A DNA stretch of 64,000 nucleotides, taken from the NCBI GenBank assembly GCA_950097015.1, contig CATNEN010000007.1, forward strand, positions 11,718,001-11,782,000, written 5' to 3'. The notes below the pieces were generated by a model, which saw only the letters and a list, made by a program, of their open reading frames with translations, was not told the origin of the DNA and did no database searches. This document shows positions 37,501-52,500 of the stretch, in pieces (the stretch's first letter is position 1; each line of letters opens with the position of its first letter). A program made the translations under genes and the position numbers. The DNA is from Macrostomum hystrix (Eukaryota; Animalia; Platyhelminthes).

Positions 37501-40500
37501 CAAAGTGGGTCGTACGCACTTGTCGCGGCGGGAAATGGCCTTCGCTGGATTTACATAGACATGGGTTACAGCAGAAACTTCAGCCATGTTGTGACGTTTC
37601 AAACTGCGTGCAATGTTACTAATTACTATTGCTGTGAGCCTTTCTTTGATAAAATTCAGAAAACATCCTAGAGAGTAAAACAAACAAAATCAGCATTCCA
37701 CTATTCACAAGCCCAAAACCTGTACGTTTCAGTGGCAAACACCATCCGTAACACAGAGTTCTATGCTCAGCTATCACAAATCGAGGCTGCCCCAAGTTTC
37801 CTAGCTGCAGACCTGTGCTACAAGCACCCGAACTCCTATCTTAACTCTGATGGAAAATATTTCGACTACCTCATGTTTGACTGCAAGAAGGTTAAAAAAC
37901 AATACACTTTCCGTTCGACGTACATCTATCCAGCAAAAGGATTAAAAAAAATTAAAAAAGGAGTTCTCAATGCTCAAATTTTAGACTGCTCGCTACTTGA
38001 CGGTGAAAAAGGACGATTCGATTTATGAAGCTTTGTCATTCGCCGAAATTGAAGTTTACGGAACGCTGCATTGTAAGTCTCTTCCGCAAAAGTGCATTGT
38101 ACATCAAGTTACTTCTGTATTTAGGCCTTTCCATTTTTTCCTTTCTTTTCCTTTTTCTTTTTGATGTGGAAACAAGTTTCCACTTAAAGTGCGTTGTTGG
38201 CGCGTTAGAGTGGCAATCTACTCATTCTGCCACAAAATGTGCCCCATTGCCATCAGTGGCCCTGGCATGCGGCATTAAGAAAGTCCTCTTACCTCTACCC
38301 CTTGCCCCATTGCCATCAGTGGCCCTGGCATGCGGCATTAAGAAAGTCCTCTTACCTCCACCCCTTGCCCCATTGCCATCCGTGGCCCTGGCATGCGGCA
38401 TCCTCTTACCTCCACCCCTTGCCCCATTGCCATCCGTGGCCCTGGCATGCGGCATTAAGAAAGTCCTCTTACCTCTACCCCTTGCCCCATTGCCATCCGT
38501 GGCCCTGGCATGCGGCATTAAGAAAGTCCTCTTACCTCCACCCCTTGCCCCATTGCCATCCGTGGCCCTGGCATGCGGCATTAAGAAAGTCCTCTTACCT
38601 CTACCCCTTGCCCCATTGCTATCCGTGGCCCTGGCATGCGGCATTAAGAAAGTCCTCTTACCTCCACCCCATTGGTGCTACCTGACATGCTTAAAAACTA
38701 CTCTAACCTCCCCCATTTGTGCCATTGTGCAGCTGATGCACAGTTGAATCGGCTGGCTGAAGTGCCCGTCGGACTGGGCGAGAATGTGCCCTTTGAGTCG
38801 CTTTTCATCTCGCAGTCCATCAATTCTGGCGGAGTGTTGGCCCTGCCGCTCTCAGCCAATGAGAGACCATTCGTAGAGTCGACCACTCGGTTCTCCCCGT
38901 ACAGCCCAGCATACACGTTGGTTTATTTTCCGCTGGACATGACAATCACCGGCTTCATTGTGCGAGGCAGCGGGAAACGATCATCGAGTCTCAAAAGCTA
39001 CCCGACACTTGTTCTGGTCTCGTATTCCGACTCTAAATCGGTCCGAAGACCTAAGTATAATTACAACCCGGCTTCTAGCGGCAGCGAGGTAAGTGACGCG
39101 TTTTCAAAAAAGATTCTTTTCTATGGCAATTATGTCCTAATTAAATCAATAACGATATTGAGGTATGTGTCAGACTAAAAAGCCAGTGGTACGGCTTATC
39201 TAATTAGTGTTACGTACGTTTGATTTTTGCGGTTATAACAAAGGAATCGTGTGAATTGAGTATACGAGTAAAACGATTCGCTCGTAAACTCGTTTAATAA
39301 ATGTGCATTGGGTCGCAGACTTAAAGAAAGCCACAATAGGGAAGCTAGAAACACATCAAATAAACATTTATTCAGTTTCTTATGTGCCCAGAAAATGAAA
39401 TATATATTCTGAAATATCATTTGACTTTATAAGCTATTTTCGAATGTTAGGTTTCCCTTGTCCCGGAGCATGTCCATTTTTACAGCAAATTTTGAGTCGT
39501 TTTTATAATAAGCTCACCAAAATTTTTTAACGAGGAAGAAATTGTCTTTCATTGTAGACAGTGTACTATACTGCTCAATCAACTTCGGTTGCTCACGTGA
39601 TCTACTTTCCTCGAAGTATTGTTGCGCAAATGATTACTCTGACGGCTAGAGAAGCGAGCTATGGGCAGGTTTCAATCAAGCTCGAAATACTCGGACACCC
39701 GACCGCATCACGTGAGCACATGGGCCGAAATAACTGTTGCAGTTACCTTCTAGATACATGCAGTTCCGTCCATTTGTTAAGACACTTGGTCCGATTGAAT
39801 TTCTCGATCCTGGACTTGGCATTTTTCACTAGCGTTAGCAAGCCAGGTCCGAGCACCCTCTCTTTACTCTCTCCCTAGAGCCAATAAATACTTTCAACCT
39901 TCCCCGGAGACTACAAGCGCTTAGCTGGACCAACAGCCTCGCACTTAAAAAGTGCTGTTTCTATTCATTACACGTTTCCCGGCAGTGATTCCATAGCTTT
40001 CGTCTGACAGCGTAAATGATGTAGTTCATAAGTTCTCCGCCTAATGTGTTTGACCCCTTGTAATTAAAAATAAATTGCTAGAGTAATCGCACCTTCATTC
40101 CAATTAGGGTAATCTCGAAATCGACAAAGCCCCCATTTTTTCAATGCGTATTTACTGTAGTTCGCGGAGTGATCTCACCTGCCAACTACACGGTCGATAA
40201 GTATGTGAGCGGCAGTGAACAGCTGATCAGAATCGTCTTCAACGAGATTCACTACGTCACTTCCCTGAGGCTGGTCAACATCGGGCCGGACGATAGCTTC
40301 TTCGTCACATATAGCGTCGTGCACAACGGCTCCAGCAGGGAGCTGAGGGTTCCGTGGCTCGATAAACTGTACAAAGTGAGTTTGGGTGCATACACCCAAC
40401 TGTGCCGCTTGTAAAATGAAAAAGTGAGGCCTAATTCTCTCCGCAGTTCGAAATAGACAAACCCGAGGAAGACTTCCTGGTTCCAGTTGTACTTTCTCCT

Positions 40501-43500
40501 CTGACTTTGGAGCTTCACTTCCAGCCAAACGCTACCGTTGAGCTGACCGATTTAGTCAACATCAGAGGAGAGCCTATTGAATGTGAGCAATTTGGCCGTT
40601 TCAGGCCTTGTTTTTTGTTAATTATCACAATCGTGCCGCAGCGCCCATTTGTTATTCAAGCGACACTTTCAATCGACTCTGACTATTTAGGAAAAATAAA
40701 ATTGTGTTTTTGAAAAGTGATGAAAAAGTTGCCCATCAACTGGTGCACAAATTTAAAGCGGTATTCTCTCAAATCACTTCCCCTTAGCTTCTACCCCAGC
40801 ATCCGTCAGGCTTGGAAGCAGCTCTGAGAGCTCTGAAGTAGGTGTTCTCTGTAGCTCTAAGTTCATAGGCTTTGCAACTCCTGGAATCCGTGAAAAAGGC
40901 CTTCCAACAATTACAGACTTTAACTTAGGAAACAAACAGAAACATCCATGGTGCAAGGTCTATTGAAAATTGCACCTCACCAGAGGAGCAGACAAACTCT
41001 TCTGACCCCAGGGTTCGAACGTAATTCTAAGACCCCAGAAGAAAAAAGCGACCTAAAAAGGAAATTCCGGAAAATGCTCCCTGCTGATTTTGTCTGCCTG
41101 GCTCCTTTGCATAGGCAAGCTAGCTACCTCAGCTGCACGCGTCACGAGCTACGTTTATAAAGATCAGCAGAAATATTACAATTCCTAGATGTCGTGATCT
41201 AGTATACCACCAGCTGTCTGAAGTCTGAAGTCTAGCAGTCTATTAGTATTTTCCCTATCGTAGATTTTTTACTTGATATTCTAGTGACTATTGCAAAAGA
41301 CTCACGTCCGCAAATTTACCAGCCGAATGCCCACCCGGCTGGCAGCCCAAGTACAACATCTGCCTGCTGGTGATGTCAGCCAAGATGGACTGGAACGCCT
41401 CGCTGGACTACTGCCAGAGCCGGCATTGGAACGGCAGGAACGGCACTCTGTTCATGCCCAAGACGGCAGTCCTCAGGAACTTTGGCCACTACATGTGAGA
41501 CCGGGACAGACTAATGCTTCGCATGTAATCGGATTTTATTTACACCCTAAATTAATAACTACTCTTTATTGAGACTTTGCCATTTCGCCTATAGTTTTGC
41601 GAAAAAAGCAGAAGAATTTTCTCCCGGTGCTGTAGATAGGTGGGATTGAGCGTGACGGTAAGTTTTCTAGGAGCAATCGCATAGATTATTAGTGACCTTT
41701 CGTTTTCAAATCTTAGTTTTAAGATTGAAGTGCGATCATAAAGCATAGAAGAATGAAAGTAAGGACTGCATTTCCTGGTCCACAGGGGGATGACGTTCCA
41801 CGTCGGGATTCGGCGGAACGACACCGCTGACGGTCAGGTCCGCTGGTCGTGGCTGGACGGCTCGGATGTGGAGCCGGGTGCCTTCTACATGGGCCAGCCA
41901 GCTGCTTCTGACTGTGCTGCGCTCGCCACTGACCTCAGCGGTCTCTACCGCACCAGCTGCAGCTCTCCGTGCAGCTTATTGTGCCAGATCCCAAAGAAGA
42001 CTTGTAAGTTCCAGTTTTGAATTATCTTGCACTATTAGACATGTGCTACTTCTGTGTTCCGCCATGACCCGCTAATTGCTAAACGCTCACGTCCTTTTTT
42101 AGGGTCCAACAGACTGCAAACAGTTATAATCAACAGCATCTATTCAATTTCTGATTGGCGCGTGCTGTCGGCTCTACCGCTCTCTGCGTTGCACCTTATT
42201 GACCATTTGCGGCTTTGGAGCCTTGACAGTGCACTTAAATATATCCCTCATACATCTAGTTCAGGGGGGAATGACTTATCCGCGCAGTATCAGTCCATAG
42301 GAGAAGAAAGTTTGCCAGCGCAAACTGCGCCCGGAAGCGCGGTCTATCAGCGGACTGCTATTTGCGATGGTGAGTCAGTCAGTTGAACATGACCAGTTTA
42401 GCTTTGAATACATTTTTCACATATTTTTGCGTGATTAAACCCTTAAGTTAGCATAATCGAGTAACAAAAATTCATTTTTTACTTCAAATCTAACAGGCTG
42501 CATGGAGCCACTTCTATATTCGGAGGCTGGGGGCCTTGACGTCATTATCAACGCATCTTCATATCACCAGCGGAGATCCCCAGACAAGGCGTTCCTTGGC
42601 AGTGTAATGTCTAGCGAATGTAAGCGAGATTTCTTCATTTGAGAAGCTGATACTTCATGACCGGCCCAGGGAAAAGACTTTAAGACCTTAAATACCTCAA
42701 AAACACACTTTCAGATCACGTTCAATGCTTTCTTTCTATGGGTGACTATCTTTACCGCGACAGTGTCTCTAGCGTTTCCGCCAGTGGCCTAGTGTGCAAT
42801 AATTGGACCGACCCTCTGTACAGGAACTATAGTAATCTCTGCCGTAAGTCTCTTCCAACTATTTAGAAAAAAAAGTTCTAAATATTCTTTCAAATTATTG
42901 TTAAATTTTCCCTTGCAGTCAGCACAGCAGGCTCTTATAGCCGGTGTGTGACGTCCAAGGGCTCCGAAAACTGCTATACTCAAAACTTATGCAGTAAGCC
43001 TTTTGCTAGAAGCTTTTTATCATCAAGCATAGTAATTGCACAAATACCTGAACACTGAATACAACCAAATGCTGACAATGGCAGGTCTTGGTTATGATCC
43101 ACCAAGTGGTTACTCGGATTATGCCAACGCTCTTCTAAACAAAGTTCTGTACTTCACGGGCCAGCGAGTAAGCGCATGGTACCAGACCTCCAACCCGATG
43201 GTCTGCATCATCCGCTCGGCTTACATTTCCGTTAGCACTCCAAGTAGCTTTTGGTGGCTGCTCGCTGACTTGAAGACGCAGTTCAGACTTGGCCAAATTA
43301 TCCTTGTACTATGTTAGTAAATCATTGGAAACAAAAAATGATAGAAACTATCCTAAGCATAACTTATTTGCTAATAAACATATTTTAGCCTCGTCTCTGA
43401 CTAGATTCGACTTTAAAGCGAGTAGCACCACCTGGAATATAACTCTTGGCGACTCAGCGTTTGACAATTGGGCGCTGGTCTATCGTTGGGCCAGCGTGGA

Positions 43501-46500
43501 GCCGATATCCGGTCCAGTGACAGTTGTCTTTCGAGGCCAGCCTACCGCGAGGTACTTGGCAATGCTCTCTCCCGTTGCCTTATCCAGACTCAACGTCGAC
43601 ACCATGCTGCTAGTTGCAGATGAAGGTAATTCTCTATTTTGTAGTTTATCGTGTTGGAGGCTTCACATTATGCCAGTAAGACGTAGTATTTTAACCGCTT
43701 GAAGCTCCTTGAAGTGCAGACGCATATGACTACTTTTAGTGTTCGAGCACGGAACGCAAGCTGATCTTCTTCGGCCTAACCGATTTCCGAGGGAATTGAT
43801 GTTGAAGGCGGTGAAAGCTAGAAACATGACGTTCTACGTGCACTTGAATCGATCAGGACTGTCACTGATGCTTTCAGCATTTAATTCCGAGTCAGACATT
43901 TTAAATGAGGTACGAATAAAATTTTCTGACTAAGAAAATTAGGCAGGCGACGCAGCCAGAGATCAGCAGAGATCACTTTCCACTATCCCATGATTTCCAA
44001 AAAATAGTTTAATTGACAAGTAATAATATCAGGGCACAGGGTGAAGGCTGTGGGCATTGACAAACCAATGGCTACAGTCGGCCCACAGCCAGAGAGTTAA
44101 TTCAACCCTTTCGCATACACATCTGCATCCGTATATGTGTACATCTGCCTCTTATCATTTGGCGGTGTACACTTTGGCGTTGGTCCTCATGGGCGCATAC
44201 CGCACGACAAGCCCACTAGTCTTTACTCCGCGGCTGCTAAGCAAACCTTTTCCTCTGAAAATACTGCTTCCAATCCTTTATATCCGCTCCAGCGGCGCTA
44301 TGAGTTCAACCTGACGGCCAGCGGCTCCTCCATCATCCTGGAAGCTGCCGCCATCAGGCAAGGCGACGCCGACCCGGCCAACCTGCGAACCGTGGGCGCG
44401 ATTGAGCTGCATGACGCGACACCTGTGATTGCAGACACAGAGGAATACTTGCCGATAACACTCACCTGGACTGCTGACAACTGCAGGTTGAATTTCTTCT
44501 GTGACGGAGTGAGCCTTGGCTACGCGACCGTGCAGGCCAATGAGTCCATCAACTTCACTGCCGCCGCCTACCGCGCTCTGATTTCGTCCAGTGTCTTTAG
44601 TGGTCCCGACATCATGTTTGACATGTCGAGTAAGGCTGTTAGTCATACAAATATTCAGATATATTCGTTATTGGCTTTTGTATCTAGATCCAACCTGAAA
44701 CCAATCCAGATTCACGACACCTGGGGTTCTGGAGCTGGAAAACTGCACCATCCACGATTGGGTTCAATGACTACATTCAGGTAGGAGCTAATGGAACTCA
44801 TAGCATTGTGCGCTGCTTCTAGTCAGAATCAGTTTGAGCTGCGCTTTGCTTTCTGACAGTAGCCACAGCTTGTGGTATCATGGATGACAATTTGAGTACT
44901 TTGCACTAAATCTCCATGCTGTGGAGATCTCCATTGCGAGAATACATTTATATTATTTCTTAAATGGTCAATTGCGATTGATTGTGAAGACAGCTAGTAC
45001 GAAAGCTTTCGATATATATTTTTAATTATGCCCTCCGTTTTAGGCTTGGTTCAGCAGCTTCGTCACTCTGTTTGTCGTTAGTGTTCAGGCTGGGACCAGC
45101 AGAACTGACTCGTATCCGGTCTATCCCAAGTTACTCCAGCTGACCTACAGCACCGACGGTCTATCACAAAATCCCTACATCCACGTGAGCTCAAGCGCAA
45201 ATCCATTTTTTTTCGATTTGCTTCAACATAACTTTACAAATAAGCTTGCCACTTTTGCCAATTTAGAATATCTCTGGAACTCTGAACAAAAGTGACGTGG
45301 TCAGCAGCTACCGAGTGGTACCGGAGATTCACGCGAGAGGCTTCCGGCTGTACGTCCTGGAAGTACACGGAGCCAGGAATGAGCTGCGCTGGATGCTGTA
45401 CGGCAGCAAGCAGAGTAAGGGTGCGATCATTTGCATAGAGACTCCCTATCAAGAAGTTTTGTGGTCAAGCAAGAAAGATGCCTAGGTCACAAGCACGTTG
45501 TCCTGAATGCTCCATGCATTATATTATATATTATATATTAAAATTAATTGTTTAATAGATTTATGAATAACTTTGTTCAATAAAGTTCGTATCCATTGAT
45601 TCGTCTTTACATGGCCATTTTAAGCTGAGTACAGCTACCAGTATCAAGGACCGGTGTTGATCTCTCGGCATCAACGACTTCTGAGCTCAAGCCCGAGTTC
45701 CGCTGACAATCGTACTGGCGTCTTGGACGGGAACAGGTCCCCAATTCTGGACTCCCCTTGCTGGATTCACAATGCGCTGAACGCGTACGTTGCGGTGGAT
45801 CTCGGATTCCCCAGATATATTGAGAGGGCCTACATCTGGGCTAGAAGTGACGACGACAAAGGTGAGTAGAAGGATTTATTAGCCAAACCATTTTTACAAG
45901 CCTCTGACAGTGAATGAAAAACTTTCAGGCTTGTTTGAGTATGACGATAACAAGTATTCCCAGGCGTACATCTCCAACTCATCAGCCAACTCGAGTGTCC
46001 AAGTAGTGGACCAGGTTTTTAATGAGACTGTTCCGCAACCCTGGATATTGAGCGTAAAGTCTGTGAGTTCGGTTCTAAGCCTCAAATATTAGGTTTGTCA
46101 GGTTTACAAAACGCTTTACATTCCTGATGTGAATTTTGCATACCTTTGCACAATCGCAGATGGCCAGATACTTCGGAGTTCGCAGCAGCGCCAACACTTC
46201 CGTGCCATTTTCGATCTGCGAGATTGAGATCTATGGTTTTCCATTGGGTGAGGCAACGTGCAGCCCAAGTCAGTAATTCAACCATTAGTCTTCTTAACTC
46301 GCGCTGTTGCAGGCTACGCACCAATTTACATTAAATTTGCCTTTATATCTTGCTCTTGCAAATCGAAAAAACGTTCCCGACTACTTCGATTGGCTCCACC
46401 AGTCTTTCCTTAGGCATTAAGTAACAATGAGAGCCTTACAACTGTCTGTGCGAACTGCTTGCATTTTTTTTAATATTCAGGGGCTTACAACTTGTAGTGC

Positions 46501-49500
46501 ACTGCGTTGCCCTCTCCCTCCCACACTGGCATAGCGTCATTGTCAACGTGCAATGCTCTTGGCATGTACTTTGTGTTGCGTCATGCACTCATGACTGGGC
46601 TGCATGTCTGTAGCCACTGTGGCTGCGACTATACGAGTATAACAACTCAAATATACGGCCCAAGAGGCCACGTTCCTTACTCACTCAGCTGCACTACTAT
46701 GGCATCGCAAGTCAGTATTCAAACCCCACCCGCACTGGACTTGCGCACGGACCCTAGCACAGCCCAAACAAAATGGAAGAAATGGCTCGCCCAGTTCCAG
46801 CTGTTCACGGTCACGGCATCGACGATAAGAAGCGGCTGCGCCAGCTGCTACTGTACACCGCCGGCGAGGACCTGCAGGCGATCGCGGCCGGCCTCACCAA
46901 CGAGGCGGCGGGCAAGGACGTCGACACACTCGTTGCCGCGCTCAATCAGCACTTCGACGGCAAGCGGAATCTGCCGTTCACCCGCTACCAGTTCAGGCTC
47001 TGCACTCAGCGCCCCGGTGAGCCCGAGGCGATGGCTCCAGCGCCGCAAGGACGCCGCCGACTGCTGCGCCTTCGGAGACCTGCGAGAGTCTCTGATCCGT
47101 GATCAGGTGATTGCCTGCTGCAGCTCCGACCAGCTCCGTCGGAAGCTGCTAGCCATCGACAACGTGGACCTGGAGCAGGCGGTGCGGGCGGCCCGGGCCA
47201 TGGAAGCGGCGGAGGCCCAAGCGAGCGTCATGGAGGCCAACGATGCGTCTGTGCTACGGCTCCGACGTCAGGAGGCCGGTGCAGTAGCCCATGCAGCGCG
47301 GCGGCCGACAGGGCAGCCCAGGTACATCAGGTGCGGAGCCCCCGGCCACCGCACGTGCAGCGCAGCCGAAGGCAAGACGTGCAACCTCTGCGGCAAGCGA
47401 AATCACCTGGCGAGCACCCTCAGCGAGGTCGAGCGGCGCTACGCCGTCATCATGCAAGCCCTAGAGACGGGCCACTGGCGCTGCGGCGCCGCGGCCCCGG
47501 CGCACAGCTTCCGGTCCCTGAAGGATGAGCTCAGCGTCCACGGCGACGTGGTGCTCCGGGGCAGCAAGATCGTGATCCCGGCGGAGCTGCAGCAGCTGAC
47601 CATCGCACTAGCGCACCAGGGTCACCTCGGCCAGAAGAAAACGTGCGACCGGAAGTGGAAGGTCTGGTGGCCCGGCATGACATAGCAGGTCGAGGCCGTT
47701 GTCTCCCGCTGCCGCCCGTGCCAGGCGGCTCGACCGGACGGCGCCATCAAGCAGCCGCCGATGCAGCCGACACCGCTACCCCCGGGGCCATGGCAATCGC
47801 TGAGCGTGGACGTCTGCGGACCGTTCCCGACTGGCGAGAACGTGGTGGTCCTGGTGGACTACTTCAGCCGGTACCCGGACACCTACCTGGTGCGCAGCCT
47901 CACGAGCGCCAGCATCATCACCTGCGCCATGGCCTCGTTCAGTCGCTTCGGCGTGCCACGGCAGATCACCACGGACAACGCGACCTACTTCACGAGCGAG
48001 GAGTTTAAGGAGTTCCTCGACGGCCTCGGAGTCCAGCACCGCAGGGTCACCCCACTCTACCCGGCAGCGAAAGGCGAGGTCGAGCGATTCAACCGCAGCC
48101 TCAACAAGTGTGTCAACGCCGCGGCAGCGGAGGGCAAGGACTGGCGCCGGGCCATCCATGAGTGGCTGCTCGGCTACCGTAACTCGGTGCACCGCGGCAC
48201 GGGCCGTTCGCCCAACGACCTCATGTTCAACAGGGCCGTCGGCGACCTTCTGCCTGCCGGCCCCGCGGAGCAGCTGGACGACGCCGGACGGCAGCTGCAG
48301 CGTCATAACCGCAGCTACAAGCAGGCGATGCGCCGCGGCCGACACGCGAAGAGCGGCAGCGCCACACGGCATCTCGGCGGGCGCCCGTGTGCTGCTCAGG
48401 AACCGCGGCAAGGCCAAACTGCGGTGCCCGTTCGACCCGCGCCCCTGGCTCGTCAAAGCGGTCCACGGCGATGCCCTGACGCTGGAGAGAGGCGAGGCCG
48501 TGCTGCTGCGGCACGTGACCGAGACCAAGCCGCTGCGCGAGTGCCCCTTGGAGCCGGACGAACCGCTGGACGGCCGGCTCGCTGATCCGCAGCCCGCCAC
48601 AGACGGCGGCGCCACGGACGGTGCCATAGCGCAGAGGCCCCGTCAGGCTAAGAGGCACATCTGCTATAAGGAGAAACTGTAGTGACAGGGGCTGACAGGC
48701 ATCTTTCCATGCGAACTATTTGCGGTTTATTTTGCGTTCCGATTTTTCAAGACCCACTCAATGCGCCGCGCGTTTGACCTTTTTTTACTCCGAGGGGGAG
48801 AGATGTAGTGCATTGCGTTGCCCTCTCCCTCCCACGCTGGCATAGCGTCACTGTCAACGTGCAATGCTCTTGGCATGTACTTTGTGTTATGTAATGCGCT
48901 CATGACTGGGCTGTACGTCTGTAGCCACTATGTGGCTGCTACTATATAACAACTCAAATATACGGCACAAGAGGCCACGTTCCTTACTCACTCAACTGCA
49001 CTACACAACTTGAGCAAGCAATCGGATTCAAACAAAATGTATTTTTTCAAATCCAGGTCAACCCAGCGACGAAGCCTCGAGCTTGACCTTCGTGCGGACC
49101 GGCCTGGGCAGGCGGTTTCCAGCCACCGCGGTGATTCCTTCCAGGCTTCAGGAATTCGGCGGTTTCTCAGGCGATGTCTATTCTCTGTCGCTCGACTTTC
49201 CCGGGGATGAGGTCTTCAACTTTGCCATGTACCTCAGCAGCATGGACTTCACTGTGTTTCTTCCCTGCGTGTACACCGTCAGCGGCCTCATCATCCAGGG
49301 CTCTGGCCAGCTGCAGCCTCCGTTCGGTGGCCGATTCAAGAGCTTCAACCTGATGTTCGCCTATGAGAGGCGGCAAGATATGACGGACTATTACAGGGAC
49401 CTCCAGACAGGCTTGCCTGTGAGTCTTGCTGATTCATGAGTTAGAGATCGGAGATCAGGGATCAGGACCTAAGGACACGCGTTATGGGGATCATTGCTCT

Positions 49501-52500
49501 GCTTTCAAGTACCTGAAGTCGCATATTTCTTTCAGGCCGTCTTCGATGGTCCCAGAGACGAACTGCAGAGGCGGCGCCACATTCTGTCGAACCCCTTCTT
49601 GGCACAGGCGGTAAAACTGGTGTTTCTCGGGAATCCGTCAGATCCTACAACATTCTACTTTGGCCGCGCGGCTGTGAAGCTTGACCTCATCGGATTTCCA
49701 AATGATACAAGTAAGTAAATTTAGATTTGCGATCGTAAGCTTATATCTGTCTTCCCTTGCTTGGGACCCTTAGAACAGTATAAGTTCTATTTACATTTCA
49801 AAGCCCATTTTTGAAAAGTTGAGGCATCCATAATTGGTGAAAAAGTTTTTTGTCAGGCAGCATTTTCAATTCCGTTGCCCCCTTACTCGCTGTGTTTTAA
49901 TGTGAATCTCCATCGAGAAAACTCACTCGATTGCAGATAGCACACAGGTGTTGGCCACCGAACACAAAATTTCGATGGAGGACTCACGAACTATGCTGGT
50001 GGACTTTCACAACATCTACCATCTGAATTACCTCAAATTTAATCGAAGTTCCTCGGCTCCGCTGCTCTTCCACCTGAGCTTCGAAGAAGTGTATGGTGAA
50101 GTGGAGCTACTGAGGATCTATAACACCACATGGCTGGTAAGGTAACTTTTTCATTCCGTTTCTCAGTTTCTACAAGTTCTTGATCTGTCATGGATGGCTC
50201 TTGCAGTTCAACGTGACAGCCGCCATCCAGAAGGTGACGCTGCCGCAAGTCCTGCAACCGGTGAGGCTGAGGTTTCACCTGCAGAACGGCAGCGGCCCGC
50301 TAAGTCCCAGCGAATTGTCTCTCTTCGGCAAGCGAATCGTTGAGTGCCCGCTCGGCTTCACACCGAGCTTCAACGTGTGCGTCAGAGTGATCACAGTGAA
50401 CGCCAGCCAGGGTGCGGCCCAGAACCACTGCAGAACGTACTTATGGGCGGGGCAGCGCGGTACTCTGTACATGCCCAAGGACGCTCTCAGCATGAGCCTT
50501 CTAAACAAGATGTGAGGATGTGACTGATGTAGAAATCACATTTTTACGTAATGTAATGATATTTTGGGCCCATTGTGAAATTATATGTTTTGAGACATAC
50601 TCTCTTATGTTCTTTATGTGAGCTCACTGAGTTAACAAACGACGGCGTTGAGTTATATTTTTTGCATCATCTGAATTACCCATTTCGGTTCACCTCTACT
50701 CAAGCAGCACAAAAACATTAGTGATGGCGAATTCCAATGGCCAATTCAGAGTCAACAAAACTCAGACTGGGCTAAATCGCATTTCCAGGACTCCCTGGAC
50801 AATACATGTCGGCCTTTCAAGGAACTCGAGCACTGGCCGCTGGGAGTGGTTTGATGGAGAGCCTGTCAGCCTCTCCGCCTGGGTGGTAGAGCGACAAGGC
50901 AACCGGCATGCCGCTTGGCATGTGCTGTACAATGGTCTTGTCCCTGTTGCCTCAGCTGAGTTGAGCCTCTACTTTGCCTGCCAGCTTACCATGCCTAAAA
51001 GTGAGTTTTCGTTTATTTTTTTCTTTCGGCTGGTAATACAATGCCAAATTTTTCAATGCAGGTAACGGCCAATGCGTCAGAGGTGTACTGATGCAATATG
51101 GGTACTTAGCTAGTTCTTTGGCCTCCTACAATTTACGAGACGTGAACTCCATGGCCGCGGTCTCGAGCTACAACTCCATGGACGAAAAATATCGGAACTA
51201 CTCAATCTCCATAGTTTACTACTCTTCACCTTACTTTAACCTCATTGACGGATCCTATTGGCACTCAATATTCTACTTTGGAGATCCCAATGGAAAACTT
51301 GAATACGCCGTGTGCGTTAGCAAAGGTACTTCGTGGCATGGAAATATTGCTTAATTGTTTTTTGTACCTGATACACCAGATAAAGTAGTTATTAGCACAA
51401 ATTCCAATTTTTCAGAATGAATTAATTATATTTTATGCGTATTTGCTTCTAAAAGATTCTTAGAAACCAATTTCGCTACTTTAGACTGCATTCAGCCGCT
51501 GCTGCCCGGAATTCCTGGGCAGCTAAAAGTGCAGCTCAGCAGTCGTGGCCGTTCGTCCTACCACCGTCCTGAGGACGCAATTATGGGTAGCATCTTGACT
51601 AGCGGCGGTGAGTTCATGGTTGATAAGACCTCGTAGGAAAATAGTTCCGCGCTCCAGTTCATCTGCTTCAGTTCACCCAGTTGTAGAATCGACACCAGAA
51701 TCCAGTAGCTTCATTTCACCCAGTTGTAGAATCGACACCAGAATCCAGTAGCTTCAGTTCACCCAGTTCTAGAATCGACACCAGAATCCAGTAGCTTCAT
51801 TTCACCCAGTTGTAGAATCGACACCAGAATCCAGTAGCTTCATTTCACCCAGTTGTAGAATCGACACCAGAATCCAGTAGCTTCATTTCACCCAGTTCTA
51901 GAATCGACACCAGAATCCAGTAGCTTCAGTTCATCCAGCTGTAGAATCGACACCTGAATCCAGTAGCTTCATTTCACCCAGTTGTAGAATCGACACCAGA
52001 ATCCAGTAGCTTCATTTCACCCAGTTCTAGAATCGACACCAGAATCCAGTAGCTTCATTTCACCCAGTTGTAGAATCGACACCAGAATCCAGTAGCTTCA
52101 TTTCACCCAGTTGTAGAATCGACACCAGAATCCAGTAGCTTCAGTTCACCCAGTTGTAGAATCGACACCAGAATCCAGTAGCTTCAGTTCACCCAGTTGT
52201 AGAATCGACGCCAGAATCCAGTAGCTTCAGTTCACCCAGTTCTAGAATCGACGCCAGAATCCAGTAGCTTCAGTTCACCCAGTTGTAGAATCGACACCAG
52301 AATCCAGTAGCTTCATTTCACCCAGTTGTAGAATCGACACCAGAATCCAGTAGCTTCAGTTCACCCAGTTGTAGAATCGACACCAGAATCCAGTAGCTTC
52401 AGTTCACCCAGTTGTAGAATCGACGCCAGAATCCAGTAGCTTCAGTTCACCCAGTTCTAGAATCGACGCCAGAATCCAGTAGCTTCAGTTCACCCAGTTC

